Shown: one piece after another, positions 8,421-17,959 of the stretch | Position numbering within the stretch: the stretch's first letter is position 1 | Layout of the letters: each line of letters opens with the position of its first letter | Assembly: GCA_965205535.1 (NCBI GenBank) | Contig: CBDBHH010000005.1 | Location: forward strand, 2,317,773 to 2,381,772 | Reading direction: 5' to 3' | Origin: Alphaproteobacteria bacterium | GTDB lineage: Bacteria > Pseudomonadota > Alphaproteobacteria > UBA6615 | DNA length: 64,000 nucleotides | Program-made: the position numbers and the translations under genes | Notes under the pieces: generated by a model | The model's input: only the letters and a program-made list of their open reading frames with translations | Told to the model about the DNA's origin: nothing | The model's database searches: none

Positions 8421-9404
8421 ATGCCCACCATCGATATCCATACCCACATGTTCGGCGACGGCTGGCTCGACATGATCAAGAAGCATGGCGCGCCCGCCTA
8501 TGAGATTGCCGATATGGAAGACCGGCGCAACTATCTGGTCGAATACGGCACGCCGGCCTGCGCCCTGGAGGTCGAGGCGTTCGACTATGACAAGCGTGTA
8601 GAGATGATGGACCGGCTGGGCATCGACATCTCCATCGTCTCGCTGACCTCGCCCAATGTGCATTTCGGCGACGAGGCGATCAGCGTGGCCACCGCGCGCC
8701 TGGCGAATGACGAGATGGCCGCCGGGCAGACGGCGCACCCCGACCGCATCCGCTGGTTTGCGTCCCTGCCATGGGAGTACCCCGATGCCGCCATTGCCGA
8801 GCTCGACCGCTGCATCGCGCTGGGCGCTGTCGGCGTCATGTGCGTGGCCCATATCGGCCAGCGGCACCTGATCGATCCGCTGTTCGCGCCGGTCTGGGAC
8901 GCGCTGAACAAGCGCGCGTTCCCGGTGCTCATCCATCCGACCGCGCCGCTGGGGGCCAAGGACGTCAACTTCGGCTTCGAGCGCATCCTGATGCCGGCGG
9001 CAGGCTTCATGTATGACACCACGATCGCGCTCGCGCGGATGGCCATCGACGGCTTCTTCGAGCGCTATTCGGACATCAAGATGATCGCCAGCCATGGCGG
9101 CGGCTATCTTCCGTTCGTGAATGGTCGCGTGGATATGTTCTTCGGCGTCGAGACCCTGGCGAAGTTCGATATTCCCAAGCTGCCGAGTGACTATTTCAGC
9201 CAGCTCTATTATGACGCCATCGTCTACGATCCGGCGGCGCTGCAGCTGGTGATCGATATCGCCGGCCCCGAAAAGGTGATGTTCGGCACCGACCTGCCGA
9301 TGCCGGCGGATGTCCCCAAGCTCTACGACCTCGTGGATGGCCGCCCCGCGGACGAAATCGCGGCGATTCGCGGTGACAACGCGGTCCGGGTATTCGGGCT
9401 ATAG
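8421..9404 (+). CDS. amidohydrolase 2 family protein (ACMSD/2-pyrone-4,6-dicarboxylate hydrolase-like)
   Basis: MPTIDIHTHMF...; PF04909-type metal-binding HxH start and length of 327 aa. Confidence 0.8.
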   Translation: MPTIDIHTHMFGDGWLDMIKKHGAPAYEIADMEDRRNYLVEYGTPACALEVEAFDYDKRVEMMDRLGIDISIVSLTSPNVHFGDEAISVATARLANDEMAAGQTAHPDRIRWFASLPWEYPDAAIAELDRCIALGAVGVMCVAHIGQRHLIDPLFAPVWDALNKRAFPVLIHPTAPLGAKDVNFGFERILMPAAGFMYDTTIALARMAIDGFFERYSDIKMIASHGGGYLPFVNGRVDMFFGVETLAKFDIPKLPSDYFSQLYYDAIVYDPAALQLVIDIAGPEKVMFGTDLPMPADVPKLYDLVDGRPADEIAAIRGDNAVRVFGL

Positions 9405-9428
9405 AATGTTGCGATCCGGAGCAATGGC

Positions 9429-9833
9429 ATGACCGTGCATGATTCACCTGTGCGTTATCTTGCACCCGCAGGTGCCATCGAACCCACAGGTACCTGGTCG
9501 TTGGCGAGCCGTGCCGGGGACTATGTGTTTGTCGCCGGCATGCGCGGTATCGACCCCGCCACGAACGCATTGGTCGAAGGCGATGAGAACCGCATACGCC
9601 AGGCATTTGTGAACATGGCGCATATTGCGGCGTCGGAAGGCGCGGGATTGGGCGATGCTGTCCGACTGACCGTCTATGTCACCGATATGGACCGCTATCG
9701 GCCGATCGTGAACAAGGTGCAGGAAGAGATGTGGTCCGGCGGGCCCTATCCGCCGCGCACGATCCTGGAGGTGTCGGCCTTGAACCAGGATGATATCTTC
9801 GAAGTCGAAGGTACTTTTTACGTCCCCGTCTGA
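9429..9833 (+). CDS. RidA/YjgF family protein (possibly an AmnD-like deaminase)
   Basis: 134 aa with RidA-like fold signature (...VRLTVYVTDMD...); RBS GGAG 7 nt upstream. The earlier ATG at 9424 hits TGA immediately. Confidence 0.8.
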   Translation: MTVHDSPVRYLAPAGAIEPTGTWSLASRAGDYVFVAGMRGIDPATNALVEGDENRIRQAFVNMAHIAASEGAGLGDAVRLTVYVTDMDRYRPIVNKVQEEMWSGGPYPPRTILEVSALNQDDIFEVEGTFYVPV

Positions 9834-11038
9834 ACGCGGCGATTGAAGACGAAGACGAGCAGCAGCGCCGTGGTCAGGCCGAGGCCGGTGGTGGCCATCT
9901 GCGCGATGCCGAGCGGCAATGACGTAAGATGCGGGACACTGGCCACCGTAAGCGTCAGGACGAACGCCCATCCCATATGTATGAAACCGCTGAGTGCCGA
10001 TGCCGCACCGGCGTATGACGGTGTGACCGTATTGAGCGCCTGCGCATAGCAGCAGGCGAGCACCAGACCGGTGCCCAGGTTTGAAATGGCGAAGGCGCCG
10101 AGCACATGCAACGGCGTGACCTCGACCCCGCCGACTCCAAGTCCAAAGCCTAGCTGCAGCAACCCGCCGCTTGCGCTGGTCAGCGCGCCGGCCAGAACGA
10201 TCCCGTCGATCGGTACCCGCAATGTCAGCCGGCCGGCAATGTAACTGCCGACCATATAAAACATTGGCATGACCATGACGCAGATGCCGTAGATCGCGGG
10301 TGGCACGTCCATCCGAATGATCAGGACGATGGGCGACGCGGTCAGAAAGGCCTGCATGGCGCCGCTCGCCAATGCAACAGTCAGGCTGTATCCGACAAAG
10401 ACCGGATTTCCCAATAGTCTGACATAGGTCACGAGCTGCTCGCCGATGTGTGCAGTCCGTCGCTGGCTGGGCGGCAAGGTCTCTTCGAGATAATGCAGTA
10501 CGGCGAAGGTTGTGACGGCGCCGATCAGGCAGGTGAAATAGAACGTGGCACGCCAGTCAAACCAGGTCACGAGCTGACCGCCGAAGAGAGGCGCGGCTGA
10601 CGGACCGACGGCCATCGCAATGGCGAGTGCACTCATCGCGCGCGCCGCCGCCGCGCCCTGGGCGGTATCGCGGATGATGGCGCGCGCCACGACCATGGTC
10701 GCGCAGGCTCCGCTGGCCTGCAGGGCGCGCGCGGTCAGAAGCAATTCGATGTCGGGTGCCAACGCCGCGGCGAGGCTGGCCAGACTGAACAATCCCAGGC
10801 CGCCGATGATCACACGCCGGCGTCCGAAGGAATCCGACAGGGGGCCGACGACGAGTTGTGCGATCGCGAAGGAACCGAGATAGGCCGGCAGCAACATTTG
10901 TGCGGCCGAAAGGCTTGTCTGCAGATCATTCGCGATGCCCGGCAGTCCGGGCAGGAAAATCGTGGTGGCGAGCTGGCTCGCAAACATCATCGCGAACAGC
11001 AGCGGCATTGATGGCGCCTGGGGGGCGGCTCTGGTCAT
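9818..11038 (-). CDS. MFS transporter (Bcr/CflA-type drug efflux family)
   Basis: 406 aa with 12 predicted TM helices and the GPLSDSFGRRRV motif. Confidence 0.85.
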   Translation of the reverse strand: MTRAAPQAPSMPLLFAMMFASQLATTIFLPGLPGIANDLQTSLSAAQMLLPAYLGSFAIAQLVVGPLSDSFGRRRVIIGGLGLFSLASLAAALAPDIELLLTARALQASGACATMVVARAIIRDTAQGAAAARAMSALAIAMAVGPSAAPLFGGQLVTWFDWRATFYFTCLIGAVTTFAVLHYLEETLPPSQRRTAHIGEQLVTYVRLLGNPVFVGYSLTVALASGAMQAFLTASPIVLIIRMDVPPAIYGICVMVMPMFYMVGSYIAGRLTLRVPIDGIVLAGALTSASGGLLQLGFGLGVGGVEVTPLHVLGAFAISNLGTGLVLACCYAQALNTVTPSYAGAASALSGFIHMGWAFVLTLTVASVPHLTSLPLGIAQMATTGLGLTTALLLVFVFNRRVQTGT

Positions 11039-11089
11039 GGCGTCATCAGTGATGTTGTCTCGTGGGACCGTTCCGCACGATCAGGAAAG

Positions 11090-11128
11090 AAAAAGGGCGC
11101 CGGCTGGTGCCGACGCCCTTTTCTTGTT
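11090..11128 (-). terminator. intrinsic terminator (palindromic hairpin with flanking A- and T-runs) downstream of the OmpA-like gene
   Basis: aaaaagggcgccggc-tggt-gccgacgcccttttcttgtt seen directly. Confidence 0.5.
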
Positions 11129-11143
11129 CGGTATCAATGTCGC

Positions 11144-11998
11144 TTACGGCGCGACAGAAACCTCAACGCGACGGTTCTTGGCTTCGTCAACACCATCCGC
11201 GGTGCGCTTGGCCAGGAAGTCCTCGCCATAGCCATCCATCTTCATGTTATCGCGCGAGATGCCGCGGATACGAAGAGCGGCTGCGACCACAGCGGCACGG
11301 CGCTTCGAAAGCGCATCGTTGCTGGCAGCGCTGCCGACCGTGTCGGTGTAACCGCTGACGACAACCTGAACCGGGCTGAAGTTCGCGGAATACTTGACCG
11401 CGTCGGTCAGAACCGCGTTTGCGGCCGCATCAAGCTTGGCACCACCGGTCGGGAAGTTCACGACGAAGGTCTTGCCCTTCGGCGGCTTGGCTTTCTTCGC
11501 AGGCGCGGCTTCGGCAACGGCCGTTGCATTACGCAGCGCCGGGATCAGCCCATCGAGCTGGTCGCGACATGCTTCGATATGCGGCGGCTGGTTGTTCTCT
11601 TCGAGTTCCTGGGTCCAGCACTCGTAGGCCACCTGTGCGGCGGCAGCGAGCTGCGGTGCGCGAACGCGGGCGCCGGCTTCAAGAACCTCAGCGAGCTCCT
11701 GGCGGGCCGTGGCGACATAGATCGCGTCGGCTTTCGGCAGGTTGCGCACGTTTGCTTCCGGAAGGTCAACCACCTTCTGGGGGTTCGCCGCTGCCATGGA
11801 CTGGAGAGCGAAATAGTCGGCGTCGGCGTAGTCGCCTTCGGCCTGTTCGGACTGAGCCAGCCGCAGATAGCCGGCCGCCAGTGCGTTATCGAACTCTGTA
11901 CTGTCCGCTGCAGTCATCTGCGCCTTGCCCAGTTGCTGCCCCGTGCACGCTGTCAGTGCGATCATTGCCGCGGCAGCGAGTAATGCCTTTTTGGTCAT
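11144..11998 (-). CDS. OmpA-family lipoprotein (C-terminal OmpA peptidoglycan-binding domain)
   Basis: MTKKALLAAAAMIALTAC lipobox start (RBS AGGGGA); C-terminus ...VSGYTDTVGSAASNDALSKRRA...NRRVEV, the OmpA motif. Track ORF over-extended to 12067. Confidence 0.8.
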   Translation of the reverse strand: MTKKALLAAAAMIALTACTGQQLGKAQMTAADSTEFDNALAAGYLRLAQSEQAEGDYADADYFALQSMAAANPQKVVDLPEANVRNLPKADAIYVATARQELAEVLEAGARVRAPQLAAAAQVAYECWTQELEENNQPPHIEACRDQLDGLIPALRNATAVAEAAPAKKAKPPKGKTFVVNFPTGGAKLDAAANAVLTDAVKYSANFSPVQVVVSGYTDTVGSAASNDALSKRRAAVVAAALRIRGISRDNMKMDGYGEDFLAKRTADGVDEAKNRRVEVSVAP

Positions 11999-12154
11999 CC
12001 TAAGGATCCCCTTGTAAAATTTATTCCGGTCGATGTTAGGGAACGACTTTACACGGCCCCCGCTCACATACTCCCCCGACCGGTTTTGTCCGATCGTGGG
12101 GATTTTACCAAAGTAGAAAATTAATCCAACCCGTTAGGTACCAAGATATGCAGT

Positions 12155-12640
12155 TTATGATTCATTCAGACATAGCATGAACAAAGCCAGCGCTTCCGCG
12201 GAAAACCGCCACATATTGGCGCTACGGTCGCCATTTCCGGTCTCAATCGTCGATACTTTGGACACAGGCCCGGATACGGCAATGCAAGTATGTCCCGCAT
12301 CGTCGCCATATCTGTTACCCGTGGGCCCGGCGGCGCCCGTCTCTGCCAACCCCCAAGTTGCCCCGAGGCGCACGCGCAATGTCTCTGCCAGAAGCTGCGC
12401 AAACGGCTCGCTGCTGGAGCGAATACCGGCCATGTCCTCGTCCGTAATCCCGGCCAGACCCACACGGGATTCGCCGGTGTAGAGCACCCCGCCTCCCAGG
12501 AAATAGGCAGAGGCCCCCGGGACCGCGAGGAGCTGGGCTGATACCAAACCGCCGGCAGATGTCTCGGCGACGGCGACTGTCTCGCCGCGAGCCTTCAGCA
12601 GTTCGGCAATGGCGCTTGTGTGTTCGAGCAGGTCGGTCAT
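12155..12640 (-). CDS. CinA C-terminal domain protein (PncC-like nicotinamide-nucleotide amidohydrolase)
   Basis: MTDLLEH...AETSAGGL...HTCIAVSG typical of CinA_C; RBS GGAGAAAAAG; ATGA overlap with the upstream EamA gene stop. Confidence 0.8.
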   Translation of the reverse strand: MTDLLEHTSAIAELLKARGETVAVAETSAGGLVSAQLLAVPGASAYFLGGGVLYTGESRVGLAGITDEDMAGIRSSSEPFAQLLAETLRVRLGATWGLAETGAAGPTGNRYGDDAGHTCIAVSGPVSKVSTIETGNGDRSANMWRFSAEALALFMLCLNES

Positions 12641-13539
12641 GGCTTTTTCTCCATATTGGCGCTGGGGATGCGTATGTCGGTCAAGCGTAGCGACACGACG
12701 GCCGCGATGACCAGAGCGGCGCCGAGCATTTGCAAGGTGCTCAGGGCCTGGCCGAGAATCAGGAATCCGAACATCAGGCTCGCCACGGGTTCCACGTTCA
12801 TCGACATCGCGGCCGGGGCAGGCCCTGCAAGAGAGATGGCAACGAAGACGGTAACAATGGCGAAGGCGTAAGCGCTTGGTCCGATAAGGAAGCCGGTCCA
12901 CCCCGACAGCGTCTGAGGCAGGGCGTAGTCGCCGGCGATCCAGGTGACGAGGGCGAATATGATCGACGCCGACAGCATCATGTGGAACGTGATCGGCTGG
13001 GAATCCCCGTCACCCACCAGCCGGTTGTTGAGGATGATTACGGTGGTGAGGCCCAGCGCCGCCATCGCGGCGAGGCCGACGCCCCGGAGGTCGAGTGCTG
13101 CGGCGCCCTGGATATCGAGCGCCAGGACGAGCCCGAAGAACGCCACGAGCAATGCGCCGACAGACAGGAATGTCGGTCGTTCCTGGCCGCTGACCCATGT
13201 GTAGATGCTTGTCAGAAGCGGGAAGGTGTAGAGGATCAGGATGGCGAGGGCGACGGGGATAAACTGGATCGATGCCAGCGTGCCATAGGAATAGATCGCG
13301 AGCAGGCCGCCGATCGCGATCGCTGCCAACCTGCGCCGCATCGGCATGTGCAGGCTCCGCCGGTTCGCGAGAATGATGATCAGAACGAGGATGGCCGCGA
13401 GCGCCGAGCGCAGGGTCAGGAATGTCAGGGGGTTTGTGCCGCCTTCATAGGCCACCTTTGCCGCGGTGGAATTCGTGGCAAAGCCTATACCGGCGGCACC
13501 CGCCAATGCGGCACCGAGCAACATGTTGGGACGTGACAT
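12637..13539 (-). CDS. DMT superfamily (EamA-like) transporter
   Basis: ~300 aa, 10 TM helix pattern with two EamA-like halves; start chosen at MSRPNMLLG (uncertain; the track ORF runs to 13701). Confidence 0.7.
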   Translation of the reverse strand: MSRPNMLLGAALAGAAGIGFATNSTAAKVAYEGGTNPLTFLTLRSALAAILVLIIILANRRSLHMPMRRRLAAIAIGGLLAIYSYGTLASIQFIPVALAILILYTFPLLTSIYTWVSGQERPTFLSVGALLVAFFGLVLALDIQGAAALDLRGVGLAAMAALGLTTVIILNNRLVGDGDSQPITFHMMLSASIIFALVTWIAGDYALPQTLSGWTGFLIGPSAYAFAIVTVFVAISLAGPAPAAMSMNVEPVASLMFGFLILGQALSTLQMLGAALVIAAVVSLRLTDIRIPSANMEKKP

Positions 13540-13649
13540 CGTGTGCCGTTTCAGTGGACCATGTGTTCGCGTGACATTGGACATATCGGACGCGCCGATC
13601 AACACATCAGGTTCAATCGGCGATATCGGTATCTGCAGAGCAGGAGAGA

Positions 13650-15089
13650 GTGGTGACGGCGTTTGATGAATTTGAAGACCATGACGCAGTGGGATTGGCA
13701 ACGCTGATCAGGGAAGGTGAAGTCACGGCCGCCGATGTACTTGAAGCCGCGATTGCCCGCTGCGAGGCGCGCAATCCGGCACTTAATGCGGTTGTTATGG
13801 AGCTTTATGACCACGGCCGGACGGCAGTGGCTGGCGATCTTCCCGATGGCCCGCTGGCGGGTGTTCCTTATCTGATCAAGGACCTCGGGGCGGCCCTGGC
13901 CGGGACGCCTACGACGGGCGGCAGCAAGTTCATGGCCGGTGTTGTGCCGGACGCGGACAGTGAAACCGTCACGCGCCTGAAGGCGGCGGGGATGGCGATC
14001 TTCGGCAAGACCAACACCTGCGAGTTCGGCATGTCGATCACCTGTGAGCCGCAGCTTTACGGCCCGACACGCAACCCATGGGATGACGCGGTCACCCCCG
14101 GCGGGTCGTCGGGTGGGGCGGCCTCCGCGGTGGCTGCGCGCATTTTGCCCGCGGCCCACGCCAGCGACGGGTTCGGGTCCATACGTGTGCCGGCGTCGTG
14201 TTGCGGGCTGGTCGGGATGAAGCCGACGCGTGGCCGCAACAGCTTCTCGCCGGGGCTCGGTGAGCGCATGGGTGGGATTGTTGCCGAGCACACGGTCTCG
14301 ATTTCCGTGCGCGATCACGCAGCGATCCTCGATGCGACGGCGGGCCCGGCACCGGGAGATCCGTACTATGCGCCGCCACCGTCACGGCCATTTCTGGATG
14401 AAGTGGGGGTCGATCCGGGGAAACTGCGGATCGGGTTCAGTTATGGCGGGGCCACGGGTGCACGTACGGATGGCGAGCATACACGCGTGCTCGACGAGAC
14501 CCTGTCGGTGCTGGCGGGGCTCGGCCATGACCTGGTCGAGGCAGATCCGCCCCTCGACAATGATGAGATGCAGGAGATTTTTCGCACCCTGATGGCGTCG
14601 AATGCGGCGCAGACCATTCGCTTGCATCCGACCAAGGGGCGCTTGCCGGAACCGGGCGAGGTCGAGAATGTCGTCGCGGCGACGGCTGAGAAGGGCAAGA
14701 GCGTGACCGGATACGATGTGTTCCTGGCGCAGGGCCGGATGCATCAGGCCGGCCGGCGCATGGCGGCGTTCCACGACGATTACGATGTACTGTTAACCCC
14801 GGGGCTCGGTCACATGCCGCCGAAGCTCGGTTGGCTCGACATGATGATGGACGATGCCGATGAGTATTGGGGTCGGGTGGCCGCGTTTTCCCCGTTCACG
14901 GTCTGGTTCAACCTGACCGGTCAGCCGGCGATCAGTCTGCCCGTGGGGACGACCGATGAAGGTTTCCCGGTTTCGGTTCAGGCAGTCGGACGCTTTGCGG
15001 ATGAGGCGACGTTATTCCGCCTTTCGGCGCAGCTCGAGGAGGCGATGCCGTGGCGTGACCGAAAACCGCCGGGGCTTCCGGCCGCCTGA
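13650..15089 (+). CDS. amidase (amidase-signature family)
   Basis: [13 protein letters not shown] and KDL...G motifs; GTG start after RBS AGGAGA. Confidence 0.85.
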   Translation: MVTAFDEFEDHDAVGLATLIREGEVTAADVLEAAIARCEARNPALNAVVMELYDHGRTAVAGDLPDGPLAGVPYLIKDLGAALAGTPTTGGSKFMAGVVPDADSETVTRLKAAGMAIFGKTNTCEFGMSITCEPQLYGPTRNPWDDAVTPGGSSGGAASAVAARILPAAHASDGFGSIRVPASCCGLVGMKPTRGRNSFSPGLGERMGGIVAEHTVSISVRDHAAILDATAGPAPGDPYYAPPPSRPFLDEVGVDPGKLRIGFSYGGATGARTDGEHTRVLDETLSVLAGLGHDLVEADPPLDNDEMQEIFRTLMASNAAQTIRLHPTKGRLPEPGEVENVVAATAEKGKSVTGYDVFLAQGRMHQAGRRMAAFHDDYDVLLTPGLGHMPPKLGWLDMMMDDADEYWGRVAAFSPFTVWFNLTGQPAISLPVGTTDEGFPVSVQAVGRFADEATLFRLSAQLEEAMPWRDRKPPGLPAA

Positions 15090-15094
15090 AGTTG

Positions 15095-16507
15095 CTAGAC
15101 GTAGCCCGGTGCCGCGGCGAATGGCTGCGCTTTTTCGTAGGCGCGTGCGGTCCTGAGCACCAGCGCGTCTTCCCAGTGGCGGCCGACAAGCTGGAATGCA
15201 ACGGGCAGGCGTTCGCTCCCTAACCCGCAAGGGACGGAACAGGCCGGTTGCATGGTCAGGTTGAACGGATAGGTGAACGGGCACCAGTCGACCCACTGCT
15301 TCATGTCCCGCCCGTCGGGCACGGTCTTGCCGGCCTCGATCGCTTCCAGCGGCATTTGCGGGGTCAGCAGCAGGTCATAATTCTCGTGAAACACGGCCAT
15401 CCGGTTGCCCAGCTCGACGCGTGCGGCGTGGGCGCCCACCAGGTCGGTGACGCTTAGCTTGCGCCCTTCCTCGGCGATGGCCAGCAGACCGGGATCCATG
15501 AGTTCATGTTTGTCGGCCGGTATCTGGTCCACCAGCCACGCATCTGCCGCAGCCCAGATGACTTCGATGATCGGCCGGACGGGCGGAATGTCGGGATCGA
15601 CCTCTTCGACGACGGCACCAAGTTCACGCAAGGTTTCGGCAGCCGCAGCGACGGCGGCGGCGACATCGTCATCCGCCCAGCCATTCTCGCCCAGGGTCGG
15701 GCTGTAGGCGATACGTACGCCTTCGATGCCGGCGTCGAGGGCGTTCAGATAGTTTTCGTTCTGGGCCGATGCCGGGGCGGCCATCGAATCTCGCGAATCC
15801 GCGCTGGCGAGAATATTCAGCATCAACGCGGCGTCGGTCACCGTCCGGGTCATGGGGCCCATGTTGGCCAGGTTGCCGATATGGCCGGGCAGGGGATAGT
15901 TGGGCACGAGGCCGAAGGTCGGCTTGTGGCCGAAGATGCCTGCGAAGGCAGCGGGAATCCGGATCGAACCTGCCGCGTCCGAGCCTTGATGCAAAGGCCC
16001 CATGAAGGACGCGCAGGCCGAAGACGCACCACCGGAAGATCCCCCCGGCGTGCGCTCAGGGTTCCACGGGTTGCGCGTGATCCCGGTGAGCGGGTTGTCG
16101 GTGACACCCTTCCAGCCGAATTCGGGCGTCGTTGTTTTGCCGGTGAGCACCGCCCCCGCTTCGCGAAGGCGCGCCGTCGCCGGGGCATCTTCATCCCACG
16201 GACCGTCGGGGTTGCCCGTGCGCGATCCACGCATGGTGGGCCAGCCCTTGGTGAGGGTCAGGTCCTTGATCGAAACGGGAACACCGTCGATAGCGGACAG
16301 AGGTTCGCCTTTTTGCCAGCGCGCTTCCGATGCGCGCGCTGTCTCAAGCGCAGAGTCCGGGTCGACCAGGCAGAAGCAGTTCAGGGTCGGGTTGTGCGTC
16401 TCGATCTGATCGAGCACGGCCTGCGTTGCATCCACAGGTGAAGCCTCGCCACTGGCGTACAGATCACTCAGCTGGGTGGCGGTAAGTGCAGCAAGATTGT
16501 CAGTCAT
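15095..16507 (-). CDS. amidase (amidase-signature family)
   Basis: GGSSGGASSA and SIKDL motifs; start MTDNLAAL overlaps the upstream aminotransferase stop by 8 nt (translational coupling). Confidence 0.85.
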   Translation of the reverse strand: MTDNLAALTATQLSDLYASGEASPVDATQAVLDQIETHNPTLNCFCLVDPDSALETARASEARWQKGEPLSAIDGVPVSIKDLTLTKGWPTMRGSRTGNPDGPWDEDAPATARLREAGAVLTGKTTTPEFGWKGVTDNPLTGITRNPWNPERTPGGSSGGASSACASFMGPLHQGSDAAGSIRIPAAFAGIFGHKPTFGLVPNYPLPGHIGNLANMGPMTRTVTDAALMLNILASADSRDSMAAPASAQNENYLNALDAGIEGVRIAYSPTLGENGWADDDVAAAVAAAAETLRELGAVVEEVDPDIPPVRPIIEVIWAAADAWLVDQIPADKHELMDPGLLAIAEEGRKLSVTDLVGAHAARVELGNRMAVFHENYDLLLTPQMPLEAIEAGKTVPDGRDMKQWVDWCPFTYPFNLTMQPACSVPCGLGSERLPVAFQLVGRHWEDALVLRTARAYEKAQPFAAAPGYV

Positions 16508-17897
16508 CCATCGTCCCCTGGTCACGCAGCATCGCAAGTGTGTCGTCGAGCGCACGCGTGAAACGCTTGATCATCTCCGCGATCTCGTCCTTGTTGATAA
16601 TCAGCGGCGGGCAGAATGAGATGGTGTCGCCGATGGCACGCACGATCAGCCCATGTTCCTCCGCGCGTTCATTGCAGTAGGGGCCGACGCCGAGTGCCGG
16701 GTCGAAGGCCTCGCCCGTCGTCCTGTCGCGGACCAGTTCCACACCAGCCACGAGGCCCTTGCCGCGCACTTCGCCGACGAGGGGGTGTTCGAGCAGCGCT
16801 TCTAATCCACCCATGAAGTGCGGTTCCATGGCCCGAACATGGCCGACGATGTCTTCCTCTTCGTAGATGCGCAGGGTTTCGCGGGCCACGGCCGCCGACA
16901 CCGGATGTCCGGAATAGGTGAAACTCAGCCCGAACACGCCGACCCGGTCGCTTTCTTCCGCGATCACGTCGAACACGCGGGCATTCACCATCAGTGCCGA
17001 AATCGGGATGTATGCGCTCGACAGGCCCTTGGCGCAGACCAGCATATCGGGCTCCAGGCCCATCGTGGTCGTGCCGAACATATTGCCGGTTCGCCCGAAG
17101 GCCGTGATCACCTCGTCGGCAATCAGCAGCATGTCGTGCTTGCGGATGACCGCCTGGATTTTCTCGTAATAGGTCGGCGGCGGCACGATCACGCCGCCAG
17201 AGCCCATGATCGGCTCTGTGAAGAACGCGCCCACCGTCTCGGGACCCTCGGCCTCGATCAGCGCGTCGAGTTCATCGGCCAGGCGGGTGGCGAAATCTTC
17301 CTCGCTCTCGCCCGGTTTTGCGTAGCGATAGTGATGGGGCGGGGTGACATGCAGGAAGCCGTCGAGCGGCAGTCCGAATGACGCGTGATTGTAGTGCATG
17401 CCCGACAGGCTGGCCGAGGCAATCGTGTTGCCGTGATAGGCGCGTTGATGGGCGATGATCTTTCGCTTCTCGGGCTTGCCCATCGCGTGCCAGTAGTACC
17501 AGACGATCCGCGCGGCGCTGTCGTTGCCTTCCGAGCCTGAATTGGCGAACCAGATTTTCGACATTGGCACAGGCGCGAGTTCGAGCAGCTTCTCCGCCAG
17601 GTCGATCACCGGCGAATGGCTCTTGTGATTGGTGAGGTGATAGTAGGGCAGGCGGGCCATCTGGTCGGCGGCGGCCTTGACCAGCCGGTCCTGCCCGTAG
17701 CCCAGCGAGATACACCACAGGCCAGCCATGCCCTCGATGTATTTCTTGCCATGGGCATCCGCGACCCAAACGCCCTTGCCCTCTTCGATGACGACAGGGC
17801 CTTTGTCCAGATGCGTCTTCAGGTTGGTGAGCGGGTGGATTACCGATGCGGCATCACGCGCTTCGGGCGAGTTTGGGCGAGGTGAATCGTCGGGCAT
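16500..17897 (-). CDS. class III aminotransferase (omega-transaminase, beta-alanine/pyruvate-type family)
   Basis: PLP fold-type I class III motifs (...FIADEVITAFGRTG..., ...CAKGLSS...); start MPDDS with RBS GGAGA. Confidence 0.85.
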   Translation of the reverse strand: MPDDSPRPNSPEARDAASVIHPLTNLKTHLDKGPVVIEEGKGVWVADAHGKKYIEGMAGLWCISLGYGQDRLVKAAADQMARLPYYHLTNHKSHSPVIDLAEKLLELAPVPMSKIWFANSGSEGNDSAARIVWYYWHAMGKPEKRKIIAHQRAYHGNTIASASLSGMHYNHASFGLPLDGFLHVTPPHHYRYAKPGESEEDFATRLADELDALIEAEGPETVGAFFTEPIMGSGGVIVPPPTYYEKIQAVIRKHDMLLIADEVITAFGRTGNMFGTTTMGLEPDMLVCAKGLSSAYIPISALMVNARVFDVIAEESDRVGVFGLSFTYSGHPVSAAVARETLRIYEEEDIVGHVRAMEPHFMGGLEALLEHPLVGEVRGKGLVAGVELVRDRTTGEAFDPALGVGPYCNERAEEHGLIVRAIGDTISFCPPLIINKDEIAEMIKRFTRALDDTLAMLRDQGTMDD

Positions 17898-17959
17898 GCC
17901 GGTCTCCAGTCTGGAAGCCATCATGATACATCACCGAAACCCGGTGCGGTATCGGTGGG

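Noticed and set aside
12730-13536. 268-aa plus-strand ORF rich in Arg, Glu, Asp and Gly.
   Set aside because: Antisense shadow of the EamA transporter gene; low-complexity composition and no domain.
15506-16441. 311-aa plus-strand ORF.
   Set aside because: Antisense to the amidase 15095..16507, which has clear amidase-signature motifs; the product is Arg/Gly-rich.
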